From an uncultured Planctomycetales bacterium (GTDB taxonomy: Bacteria > Omnitrophota > Gorgyraeia > Gygaellales > Profunditerraquicolaceae), in contig CAZJFL010000001.1 of the NCBI GenBank assembly GCA_964545575.1, forward strand, positions 294,178 through 358,177: DNA of 64,000 nucleotides, written 5' to 3'. Position numbers and translations under genes: made by a program. Under the pieces are notes generated by a model. That model did not search any database, was not told the DNA's origin, and saw only the letters and a program-made list of their open reading frames with translations. Shown in pieces: positions 49,025-56,419 of this stretch; within the stretch, counting starts at the first letter, position 1, and each line of letters starts with the position of its first letter.

Positions 49025-50467
49025 TTACTTCCTCGTCTTATTGGACCAATCCATATCTATGGTCCGGTTACTGTAAAGCCAGTCTATGCTCGACGTAGGC
49101 CTATCTGGACGCAGCAGATACCCTCCGTCGCTCACTTGATTAAGGTAGTGGATCTGCCTCACTGTGGCCTGGTTCAGATAAACGCTGTCCCTGGTTTGAA
49201 TCTGCTGCAGGAGCTCTCTTTTGCTTAAAGTCTCGGTTTTATTAGTTGTGGTAAGCAAATCCGGGCTTAAGCCCATTGCTTTAGCTTTATATGTGTGGCG
49301 GAAGATTTCCTCTATCACCGGAAAATCAAAGGTGTCATAGCGGACTGTGCCTTCATGGTACCTCACGTAGTCTCCGCAATACCAGGCGCCGCCATAATGA
49401 TCATTATAGTATTGCTCCCGTTGCTCGTTAGGGCGGTTAGTGCTCTCAATACATATTTCATCGCAACGCGTCAAATTCTCCGCCTCCGTTTGTCCTAACA
49501 TTCTAGCCTTGTTGCACTCATCGAAACAGAACTGCCTATCCACGATCATCCGGCACTGCGCGGTCAGGGAATCCTTATCTATAATCTCTGCGGCTGTAGT
49601 ATCGAGTATATATATGGGAAAGGTGTAGTCAAGACACCGCCAACCCCAAGGACCACGGAGACAGCTTCCCGGAGGATAATTTCTGGCCTCCTCAAAAGAT
49701 GTTAAAGTGCAATTGTCGCCTCCAATACTTATACCTACCAACTCCTTCCAGCATTCCGCACAGACACCATTCTGCCTTGGGCCTTTACACCAATAATAGT
49801 TATTAGCGGAAGGATTAGCCCCTAAGTCCATCATAGCATATCCGGTATACGGCTGAAAAAAATTACATTCTGCATTGCCTTGTGGAGCTGGCTCCCACCC
49901 GATATTCCTGCAATCACTACATTTGCGGTAATTTCTGTTCGCCAGGTCCGGCTCCAGATCGTCCCACCAGACATTGCTTGCTCCGTATATCTCCTCGTAT
50001 TTTTCGTACTGGCGCTCGTTGACATCGCGCTCCGTCCTGAAGGCCTGAGTCTTAAAGGATTGGGTAGAATAGCCGGCCGGGCTGCCCGGCTGATATTTAC
50101 CGTCGGAGACGTGGATATCCATCCGGTTTAATTCCAGCGCGTTTTCCGGATTCTCGTATAACCGGTGCGAACGTATCGGGCTGGTTGCTGAACTGGCAAC
50201 CGGGAAAATCTGCCCGATTCCTGTAGGGCTGGAAGGGTCAGGTACGTGTATATCTTTAATCATTATACTGGAAACGCTGGAGGGCTTATTGTCTTGTGCC
50301 GAATATTCCGCATCATAAAGCGCCTGCCTGAAAACCCGCCAGCTGACTTGATGCTGAAAATTATACCTTAAGCCATAATTTATCAAAACACCCAGAAGCA
50401 TGATTAAAAGCGAGCCGAAAATTGCCAGCTCCAATAATGACTGGGCTTTATTATTTACCTTATTCAT
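49025..50467 (-). CDS. TadE/TadF-like pseudopilin with a large Cys-rich C-terminal domain of about 17 Cys (480 aa)
   Basis: The N-terminus MNKVNNKAQSLLELAIFGSLLIMLLGVLINYG is a prepilin-like leader plus hydrophobic helix. The C-terminal 380 aa are rich in C, W, Y, N and G. Confidence 0.6.
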   Translation of the reverse strand: MNKVNNKAQSLLELAIFGSLLIMLLGVLINYGLRYNFQHQVSWRVFRQALYDAEYSAQDNKPSSVSSIMIKDIHVPDPSSPTGIGQIFPVASSATSPIRSHRLYENPENALELNRMDIHVSDGKYQPGSPAGYSTQSFKTQAFRTERDVNERQYEKYEEIYGASNVWWDDLEPDLANRNYRKCSDCRNIGWEPAPQGNAECNFFQPYTGYAMMDLGANPSANNYYWCKGPRQNGVCAECWKELVGISIGGDNCTLTSFEEARNYPPGSCLRGPWGWRCLDYTFPIYILDTTAAEIIDKDSLTAQCRMIVDRQFCFDECNKARMLGQTEAENLTRCDEICIESTNRPNEQREQYYNDHYGGAWYCGDYVRYHEGTVRYDTFDFPVIEEIFRHTYKAKAMGLSPDLLTTTNKTETLSKRELLQQIQTRDSVYLNQATVRQIHYLNQVSDGGYLLRPDRPTSSIDWLYSNRTIDMDWSNKTRK

Positions 50468-50855
50468 CGAAAAGTGATGACCCCAATTTTCTCACGTTTT
50501 CATTGCCGCTGGTATTGGTCCATCCTTTATTAAGTATGCTGTTTGTTTCGGTAGCAAATACATCTGTATCGTCAAAATCTCCATCGTCATTAAAGTCAAT
50601 TTGCGTGCCGTGCGCTTCATTATATGCCTTCTCGCTCCAAGTTATTACCGTATCTGTCGTGTTGCTATAGGAATAAACTACAGATGAGCCGGTAGTCTTT
50701 TTCGGGGCATACTGCTCACCCAATTCATCGGCCAGCTGCCTGAACCTGCCCTGCATGCCGCGCTTAAGATAGACTGCCATTGCTATTAAAGCAGCTACGA
50801 TGCAGGTAATTAACACCGCCACTTCTAAGGTTGTTTGAGCCTTATTCTTTTTCAC
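50460..50855 (-). CDS. flp: Flp-family pilin paralogue 10 (131 aa)
   Basis: MKKNKAQTTLEVAVLITCIVAALIAMAVYLKRGMQGRFR... Confidence 0.65.
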   Translation of the reverse strand: MKKNKAQTTLEVAVLITCIVAALIAMAVYLKRGMQGRFRQLADELGEQYAPKKTTGSSVVYSYSNTTDTVITWSEKAYNEAHGTQIDFNDDGDFDDTDVFATETNSILNKGWTNTSGNENVRKLGSSLFDE

Positions 50856-51198
50856 TCCACATCCCCTGAGAAAGAATTCCCTCTTTTTTAAACCGCTCGT
50901 CTCTTTCAGTCGTTACCCTTCCTTCTAAGTCTTTATTTATCTTTTTATAAGGAACCTGGTGTTCATCCACCGTAGTACTTATATTTGAATAACCTTTCAT
51001 TTTCCAGAGAAGGTCGTAATCAACTTCTACTAAGCCCTTTTTCTGGTCGCCGATAGCGTCGGCGGCCACCTGCACTACTCCCTGCACGCCGCGCTTCATA
51101 TAGGTCTGCATCCCTATGAGCGCGGCAGTAACAACCGCAATAAGCAAAACATACTCGGACAGACTCTGAGCTCTGCTATTTCTTCTTAGTTTTACCAT
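50842..51198 (-). CDS. flp: Flp-family pilin paralogue 9 (118 aa)
   Basis: ...SRAQSLSEYVLLIAVVTAALIGMQTYMKRGVQGVVQ... Confidence 0.7.
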   Translation of the reverse strand: MVKLRRNSRAQSLSEYVLLIAVVTAALIGMQTYMKRGVQGVVQVAADAIGDQKKGLVEVDYDLLWKMKGYSNISTTVDEHQVPYKKINKDLEGRVTTERDERFKKEGILSQGMWSEKE

Positions 51199-51246
51199 TT
51201 TTGCGCTATTTTGTCTATACCTATATCGCTTAGTTGCCTTGTGACC

Positions 51247-51582
51247 CTACGGTTTAATCCCGCTCAGCGGCTTCCAACTTGCAACATCTTCTGCGCTCTT
51301 TTCTTTTGTTTCACCGCCCGACTGTAAGGTAGACGTAGTTACTCGATTCTGGATTGTCTGCACGCTGGTTGTATCTTTCGTTGTCTCAAAGTCTACCTGA
51401 TTAGAGGTTGCGTTAGCCTCAAATTGCGCTCCGATATCGTCAGTGGACTGGCGCAGTTTTCCCTGCACGCCGCGTTTCATATAAATTTGTATGGCGAATA
51501 ATGCCGCTACCACCACAGCGACAATTATGGCATATTCCAAGGTGCTTTGGCCTTTTTTGTGCATACACATCGCTATACTCAC
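51247..51582 (-). CDS. flp: Flp-family pilin paralogue 8 (111 aa; the likely start is the internal MHKKGQ...)
   Basis: ...MHKKGQSTLEYAIIVAVVVAALFAIQIYMKRGVQGKLRQ... Confidence 0.7.
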   Translation of the reverse strand: MSIAMCMHKKGQSTLEYAIIVAVVVAALFAIQIYMKRGVQGKLRQSTDDIGAQFEANATSNQVDFETTKDTTSVQTIQNRVTTSTLQSGGETKEKSAEDVASWKPLSGIKP

Positions 51583-51600
51583 CTCCTTATTGGCTTATGG

Positions 51601-51915
51601 CTACTGTTGTACCGGTACCTTTACTGTTTGGGCCCCGCTACGCTCTGTCCTCCTATCAAGAGACTGACGGCTGACCGCGCCACCTAATTTGGTCTCATCC
51701 GTCTCGGTGTAGCCTTTTTCAGTATTGGTATAACTAGATTCGAGATAATACGGTTCATACTGGCCCGTGACATTAGCGGCTTTATCTACGGCGTATCTTA
51801 TACCGCCCTGCATACTTCTCTTTAAATACACCTGCATGGCCATAGCCGCCCCAACAACCAAAGCAATCACAATAGCATACTCGGCAGTGCTTTGGGCCCT
51901 TTTATGTCTTAACAT
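51601..51915 (-). CDS. flp: Flp-family pilin paralogue 7 (104 aa)
   Basis: MLRHKRAQSTAEYAIVIALVVGAAMAMQVYLKRSMQGGIR... Confidence 0.7.
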   Translation of the reverse strand: MLRHKRAQSTAEYAIVIALVVGAAMAMQVYLKRSMQGGIRYAVDKAANVTGQYEPYYLESSYTNTEKGYTETDETKLGGAVSRQSLDRRTERSGAQTVKVPVQQ

Positions 51916-51936
51916 TATTGTTCACCTCCTTAGTTA

Positions 51937-52323
51937 TTATTCGTATAGCTTTTCGTCCTTTAAATCCGTATTCACCTTTTCGGCGTCGTTTCCTAAGGCG
52001 CTTCTTTTTACGTCAGCCGGAGTTACTACGTCATATCTAGATGTGCCCACTCCTAGCTCCTGTGTGCCAAATCGTTCCGTTGTAACCTGATCGCCTGTCT
52101 GTGTAGTGGTATATTTGGAAGTCATACGGCCGGCGGAATACTGTTCGCCGATTTTATCTGTGGATTCACGCAGTTTTCCCTGCACGCCGCGGCGCATATA
52201 TATCTGTATGGTCAATAAAGTTCCCACTACTACTGCAATAATCACCGCATATTCCAGAGTGCTTTGTCCCAGCTTATTTTTAGGCATCACTTTATCACCT
52301 CCCTTAATCCCTGCTAAAAACAC
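51937..52323 (-). CDS. flp: Flp-family pilin paralogue 6 (128 aa; the likely start is the internal MPKNKLGQ...)
   Basis: ...MPKNKLGQSTLEYAVIIAVVVGTLLTIQIYMRRGVQGKLRE... Confidence 0.7.
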   Translation of the reverse strand: MFLAGIKGGDKVMPKNKLGQSTLEYAVIIAVVVGTLLTIQIYMRRGVQGKLRESTDKIGEQYSAGRMTSKYTTTQTGDQVTTERFGTQELGVGTSRYDVVTPADVKRSALGNDAEKVNTDLKDEKLYE

Positions 52324-52356
52324 TATCTTAACCGCTCACAAACCTTTGCTTAAGAT

Positions 52357-52767
52357 TTAAGGCGGATTCTGATTTCCCGGCTCACCAAAGCGATATTCCT
52401 GATAATCATCTTTTGCCTGCCTAGTCGTCTGATCAGTAGTACGTGCTACTTTACCTCCCTTGTCCATCTTTGAAGTATCCTTCGAACCGGCTACGGTTGT
52501 CGAAGTTGACACAGCGCTCAGCCCCTCAGGTTCGTACTGATTACTTAGCTCCACGCCCTGCTTAGCGCCAATATCATTCCAATAGTCCTGATGATCTTCA
52601 AGTGCTTTCACAGACTGATCACTTGCATCCTTATATCTACCCTGTATGCCTCTTTTAACATAAGTCTGCATCCCGACTACTGCTGCTATTACTAAGCCGA
52701 TGAGAATCGCGTATTCAGCGGTGCTCTGGGCCTTTTTATTCCTGAATAACCTTAGCATTTTTTTCAC
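52357..52767 (-). CDS. flp: Flp-family pilin paralogue 5 (136 aa)
   Basis: ...NKKAQSTAEYAILIGLVIAAVVGMQTYVKRGIQGRYK... Confidence 0.7.
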   Translation of the reverse strand: MKKMLRLFRNKKAQSTAEYAILIGLVIAAVVGMQTYVKRGIQGRYKDASDQSVKALEDHQDYWNDIGAKQGVELSNQYEPEGLSAVSTSTTVAGSKDTSKMDKGGKVARTTDQTTRQAKDDYQEYRFGEPGNQNPP

Positions 52768-52790
52768 CTCCTTGGCTTTTGGTCGATATT

Positions 52791-52961
52791 TTAGAACTTC
52801 TTCGCTACATTCTGAATCGCAGTATCCGCATCAGTAAGGGTTTTATTTACGGCCGGCTTAATATACTCTTTAGCCGCGAAGAGAATAACCCCGATGATAG
52901 CGGTAATTACCAACACATATTCCAAGATGCTCTGGCCTCTTCCGTATCTTACTCTTGCCAT
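52791..52961 (-). CDS. flp: Flp-family pilin paralogue 4 (56 aa, below the ORF-track cut-off)
   Basis: I derived MARVRYGRGQSILEYVLVITAIIGVILFAAKEYIKPAVNKTLTDADTAIQNVAKKF from the reverse complement. An RBS AAGGAG lies 7 nt upstream of the ATG at 52961. Confidence 0.6.
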   Translation of the reverse strand: MARVRYGRGQSILEYVLVITAIIGVILFAAKEYIKPAVNKTLTDADTAIQNVAKKF

Positions 52962-52987
52962 ATCTTCTCCTTTCCAATCATTCTTCT

Positions 52988-53179
52988 TTATTTTGTCATA
53001 TTCAATATCTCCCCCGAGCTGTCCCCAATTTTTGTCGCTGATTTATTCATTAACTGCCCTACACCGGTGCTACTGGGATCTTGTTTCATAGTGAACACAA
53101 AAGCGGCAACTACACCAACGACTAGCGTCAGAATAATGATGTACTCCAATGTATTCTGCCCTTTCTTCTTTCTTAACAT
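52988..53179 (-). CDS. flp: Flp-family pilin paralogue 3 (63 aa)
   Basis: MLRKKKGQNTLEYIIILTLVVGVVAAFVF.... An RBS GGAGGTGA lies upstream. Confidence 0.7.
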   Translation of the reverse strand: MLRKKKGQNTLEYIIILTLVVGVVAAFVFTMKQDPSSTGVGQLMNKSATKIGDSSGEILNMTK

Positions 53180-53203
53180 GTACTCACCTCCTTATTTTTT
53201 ATA

Positions 53204-53356
53204 CTATGGCCTGACTACTTCTGCGTTAACCTGATCTTCTATAACTTTAAGGTTTGCGTTAAGGCTGCGCTGCACATAGGTGCTCATTGCCATTAGCGCT
53301 GCTACCACTACCGCAATAATCACTGAATATTCCAATACGCTTTGGCCTTTTTTCAT
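53204..53356 (-). CDS. flp: Flp-family pilin paralogue 2 (51 aa, below the ORF-track cut-off)
   Basis: I derived MKKGQSVLEYSVIIAVVVAALMAMSTYVQRSLNANLKVIEDQVNAEVVRP from the reverse complement of 53204-53356. Confidence 0.55.
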   Translation of the reverse strand: MKKGQSVLEYSVIIAVVVAALMAMSTYVQRSLNANLKVIEDQVNAEVVRP

Positions 53357-53359
53357 CTT

Positions 53360-53575
53360 TTACCCCGGATTAATTATGCGAGAGGCGACCCTCCCAAAGA
53401 ATCCCACGGTTAGTCTTGTTCCTTGCAAAGTTCTTTTTACATTTACCAAAAAATTTAATCCCGGGCCTACCGACGCAATTGTTAGGGCTGTAATCACCGC
53501 GAAAAGAACAAAATATTCTATAGCCGCCTGTCCTTTTTTGCCTTTGCGGATTTTTAAAGACTTTATAAAACTCAT
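53360..53575 (-). CDS. flp: Flp-family pilin paralogue 1 (71 aa), the first gene of the tad operon
   Basis: MSFIKSLKIRKGKKGQAAIEYFVLFAVITALTIASVG... shows the Flp G/xxxxEY processing-site motif. Confidence 0.7.
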   Translation of the reverse strand: MSFIKSLKIRKGKKGQAAIEYFVLFAVITALTIASVGPGLNFLVNVKRTLQGTRLTVGFFGRVASRIINPG

Positions 53576-53580
53576 TTCTA

Positions 53581-53745
53581 ATCCTCCAATAAAAAAACCG
53601 TTTTACCAAAATATTTTCGGCTTTCGGTAACCCGGCTTAAAGTCCTCGCTTCCGACCCTAAAGCAGTTTGCATCCAAATTGTTGACGAGCACCGCCGTGG
53701 CTTTTCTCTCCACTTAACCTCCTTAAGTGGATCATCCGTTGCCGT
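53581..53745 (-). promoter_or_regulatory. Candidate c-di-GMP-I (GEMM)-like riboswitch C in the leader of the flp/tad operon. The aptamer is about 53608-53745. The terminator alternative is about 53581-53626.
   Basis: The transcript reads CGGCAACGGAUGAU-CCACUUAA GGAGG UUAAGUGG-AGAGAAAAGCCACGG-(long P2)-GGACUUUAAGCCGGGUUACCGAAAGCC. It shares AAAGCCACGG and GCCGGGUUACCGAA with riboswitch A and with the GEMM 3' consensus GCGGGGUUACCGA. CCGGGUUACC can alternatively pair with GGUAAAACGG, which is followed by UUUUUUU (a terminator). The match is weaker than for A and B, with a pentaloop in place of the GNRA loop. Confidence 0.4.
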
Positions 53746-53770
53746 CTTTTATTGTTTCAACTACAGTTAA

Positions 53771-53799
53771 AATATAGCATTTATAACTAGCGCTGTCAA
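53771..53799 (-). promoter_or_regulatory. Sigma70-like promoter for the flp/tad operon. The -35 TTGACA is at 53794-53799, followed by a 17-nt spacer and a -10 TATATT at 53771-53776.
   Basis: Read from the reverse complement. It has the same architecture as the promoters of the other two riboswitch-controlled units. Confidence 0.5.
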
Positions 53800-53833
53800 T
53801 GATATTTCGCTACTTTAAGAAACCGCTTTCTTA

Positions 53834-53883
53834 GGGACAGTCCCCTTAGGATTCAATAGCTTAGCTCTGGCGGGGACAGTCCC
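53834..53883. repeat. Palindrome pair gggacagtcccc (53834-53845) and ggggacagtccc (53872-53883), 35 bp upstream of the flp promoter -35
   Basis: Direct reading. The second copy abuts the stop codon of the 773-aa gene. Confidence 0.85.
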
Positions 53884-56204
53884 TACGCTAAGAACCAGAG
53901 CCGCTTGCCCCCGGTGAAAATAATCTCCTTTTCATTCAGCCTGCGGCAGGCGTATTCCAGCGCCTTTAAATACGGATATCCCGCAGGGGGTTGAAAGGTC
54001 ACCAAAAGGCTATCCTCTTGCGCCTCCATCCGGCAGGTTAAGCCATAAAACTGCTCTTTTGCCGTCGGGAAATCCTTATCCTCATAGCCGATAGGCAGGA
54101 GGTGCCAGCGGGCATAGAGATCCAGGGCTTTCAGGTAATAACTGAATATCGCGCTGATATCAAAATCCGCTCCCTTGGGCAATTCCAGGTTCTCCGTCGA
54201 GAAAAAGCGCTGGGAGGTGGCGGTGTAGGTGAACAATTCGACTTTGCGGCTATAATCCTGAAAGGCCTCTTCCAAGTTTGGCCAGCGGTTAAGATAAGTA
54301 GAAGCCAGCTCTTCCAGATTTAATTTTTCCGCGGGGAAATTGCTCAGGATCAAGAGCCGCGCCTTCTCGGCAGGACCGGCCTTTAAGGCACAGCCTCTTA
54401 ATGTAACACTTTTATTTGCATCAGGTTGTATCAAGTCTAATTCTATATTCGCCAGATAAAAGTCCTTTTTTAAAGGCGCGAAATGAAAGGGCTTAAACTC
54501 GCCCAACGTCTTGACCTGACGGTATTCGGCAAACTGCCAGGGCCAGAGGCCAAAGATAAAATGGCGCTTTTTCATCGGGTTTACCCGTATAATTTCTATC
54601 TCTTCAAACCTGTTGCTGTAAAGGCCTAAGCTCATAATCCGCTTTTCATCCCCCTCTAAACCTAAGATAAAATCAAAAAACTCTTTGGTCGGCAAATCAT
54701 AACCCGGAGCCATAAAAAGCACGAAAGGCGCGTCCTCCTGAAAATATCTTTTTACGTAAGTCTTTATATTATAAATAGTTGTGGAAAAATTATAGGGGAT
54801 ATGCACCGTGGACCAGGCTGTATGCAGCTGGCCGTCTAAATAGACTGCTGTGCCGTCGGATAAGTTTACTTTGATCCCACGCACTTCCTGCAAGACACTG
54901 GCAATTGTGCGCAGTATGTCCATTGGCAAGGCTTTAATTGCCTGTAATTCATTCAGATAACCTGACAGCTCTTCAGGGCTGAACCTATAATTTAACAGCG
55001 GCCATAAGCCGTAATCCGGCTTGCTCTGGGCAACGACTGATACTTCAAAGAGGCTATTGTAGATGAAAAACTCAGTTTTGGCTAAAAACTCTTTTTCTTC
55101 GTTTTTCAAGCGGCTGTTGATTACATCAGCAATAAAGCGGCTTCCGCCTAAAAGATAATCCGCGGATTTCAGCAAAATCGCCCCTAAACCCGTAAATGTG
55201 CCTTCAGTTTGGACAATTTTAGCGGCTTTAAGATTAGCTTCCTCTACAGCCCTGGCCTTGGCTTCGGCTTCAGCTGCAGCTTTTCTTTCTGTTTCTACCT
55301 GAGCCTTTAATGCGGCTTCGAACTTTGCCTTTTCTTCTGCTTCCCTGCGGGCTATTTCTTCGGCTAAGCGCTTTTCGCGGGCCTCGACTTCTGCGCGCGC
55401 GCGCTCATCCGCTTCATGCTTGGCCTTGACTTCGGCTTCTGCTTCTTGGCGCGCTTTCTCCTCCGCTTCTATGCGCGCTTTTTCTTCGGCTTCTGCCTTA
55501 GCTTTTAATTCCGCTTCTTCTCTGGCCCTAGCTTCCGCTTCCTCTTTGGCTTTTCTTTCCGCTTTAAGCTTTGCTTTTTCTTCGGCTTCTTTGCGCGCTT
55601 TTTCTTCGGCTTCTGCCTTAGCTTTAGCCTCTGCTTCCTGACGCGCTTTTTCTTCTGCCTCTCGACGAGCCTTCTCTTGCGCCTCAGCTTCGGCTTTGGC
55701 GCGTGCTTCTGCTTCTAGCCGCGCCTGTTCTTCTGCTTTAATTCTGGCTTCTTCCTCGGCCCTGGCTTTTGCCTCGGCTTCGGCCTTTGCCTTTACCTCA
55801 GCTTCAGCTTTCAGCTTCGCTTCTTCTGCTGCCTCGGCTTCGGCTTTAAGCTTGGCTTCCTCTGCTACCCTAACTTCGGCAGAAGGCGGGGGCGCCGGCA
55901 TTTCTATCGGCTTAGTTACTTCTGGCGGAAATTCCAAAACAGGGACAGTCCCCTTCGGGGACAGTCCCTTTTCAATCACACCTTTGAGCTTAAGGGCATA
56001 CTTTCTCTTGGTGCGCCTTCTACCCACCGGCATGCTTAAGCTGTTCTCTTTAAACAAAGCGTTAATGCTGGACTTAGAGACTTTAGCCTGAAACTTAGTT
56101 TCTATCAAGGCGGCCATACTGCGGCAGCTGAGCTTAGGATCGGCTTTTTTGCTCTCCAGAATAAAAGTGACTATTTCCGGTTTTAATTTATAAATTACGC
56201 CCAC
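53883..56204 (-). CDS. 773-aa protein with an N-terminal HTH-like segment, an E/A/K-rich coiled-coil low-complexity region of about 230 aa, and a C-terminal globular domain of about 430 aa. Its GTG start has a strong GGAGGG RBS.
   Basis: It is an ORF-track ORF. The N-terminus reads KPEIVTFILESKKADPKLSCRSMAALIETKFQAKVSKSSINALFKEN (helix-turn-helix-like). The middle reads AEEAKLKAEAEV.AKAEAEAKARAEEEAR.... The C-terminus contains ...STYLNRWPNLEEAFQDYSRKV. It has no TM segment. Confidence 0.7.
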   Translation of the reverse strand: MGVIYKLKPEIVTFILESKKADPKLSCRSMAALIETKFQAKVSKSSINALFKENSLSMPVGRRRTKRKYALKLKGVIEKGLSPKGTVPVLEFPPEVTKPIEMPAPPPSAEVRVAEEAKLKAEAEAAEEAKLKAEAEVKAKAEAEAKARAEEEARIKAEEQARLEAEARAKAEAEAQEKARREAEEKARQEAEAKAKAEAEEKARKEAEEKAKLKAERKAKEEAEARAREEAELKAKAEAEEKARIEAEEKARQEAEAEVKAKHEADERARAEVEAREKRLAEEIARREAEEKAKFEAALKAQVETERKAAAEAEAKARAVEEANLKAAKIVQTEGTFTGLGAILLKSADYLLGGSRFIADVINSRLKNEEKEFLAKTEFFIYNSLFEVSVVAQSKPDYGLWPLLNYRFSPEELSGYLNELQAIKALPMDILRTIASVLQEVRGIKVNLSDGTAVYLDGQLHTAWSTVHIPYNFSTTIYNIKTYVKRYFQEDAPFVLFMAPGYDLPTKEFFDFILGLEGDEKRIMSLGLYSNRFEEIEIIRVNPMKKRHFIFGLWPWQFAEYRQVKTLGEFKPFHFAPLKKDFYLANIELDLIQPDANKSVTLRGCALKAGPAEKARLLILSNFPAEKLNLEELASTYLNRWPNLEEAFQDYSRKVELFTYTATSQRFFSTENLELPKGADFDISAIFSYYLKALDLYARWHLLPIGYEDKDFPTAKEQFYGLTCRMEAQEDSLLVTFQPPAGYPYLKALEYACRRLNEKEIIFTGGKRLWFLA
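55230..55900. repeat. Low-complexity GC-rich repeat tract (gcttcTgcttc / ggcttcggc units) encoding the E/A/K coiled coil
   Basis: The plus-strand ORFs 55420..55641 and 55696..56091 (ASASS.AF...) are antisense shadows of this tract. Confidence 0.8.
55942..55968. repeat. Palindrome pair gggacagtcccc / ggggacagtccc separated by 3 nt, in frame inside the 773-aa gene (it encodes KGLSPKGTVPV)
   Basis: Direct reading. Confidence 0.85.
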
Positions 56205-56205
56205 A

Positions 56206-56229
56206 ATCCCTCCATTATGGACATTTTAA
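56206..56229. repeat. Module aatccctccattatggacattttaa overlapping the RBS of the 773-aa gene. A further tttggacattc copy is at 56280-56290.
   Basis: Compare 42886-42914 and 57563-57586. Confidence 0.6.
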
Positions 56230-56375
56230 TCTCAATTAAAGCCTATCATAATCATCTGTTTTTGTCAAGTTCTATTTAGTTTGGACATTCTTTATTAATA
56301 CCTGGCACGAAAGTAATCGGGTTCCTTGTACCTAAGCGAGGACACCCTGCCGATTGGTAGAAAGGGTGTTCCTAA

Positions 56376-56403
56376 AAGATTTTACTTGACAACTCCAAAA
56401 ATA
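56376..56403 (+). promoter_or_regulatory. Sigma70-like promoter for the AAA ATPase gene. The -35 TTGACA is at 56376-56381, followed by a 16-nt spacer and a -10 TAAAAT at 56398-56403. The mRNA would be near-leaderless.
   Basis: Direct reading. The ATG at 56420 is only about 10 nt from the predicted TSS. Confidence 0.4.
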
Positions 56404-56419
56404 TATGTAAAATGGAACT

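Noticed and set aside
53370-53609. Alternative-frame 79-aa minus-strand ORF overlapping flp paralogue 1
   Set aside because: The other frame gives a canonical Flp prepilin (KGQAAIEY plus a hydrophobic helix), whereas this frame gives a basic junk peptide.
55420-56091. Plus-strand ORFs translating to ASASS.AFSSAS... (55420..55641 and 55696..56091)
   Set aside because: They are antisense to the E/A/K coiled-coil repeat of the 773-aa gene and arise from the codon periodicity of GCTTC repeats.
56290-56320. Possible sigma54 promoter (ctggcacgaaagtaatcg)
   Set aside because: It has the TGGCAC -24 element, but no GC dinucleotide at the -12 position with correct spacing.
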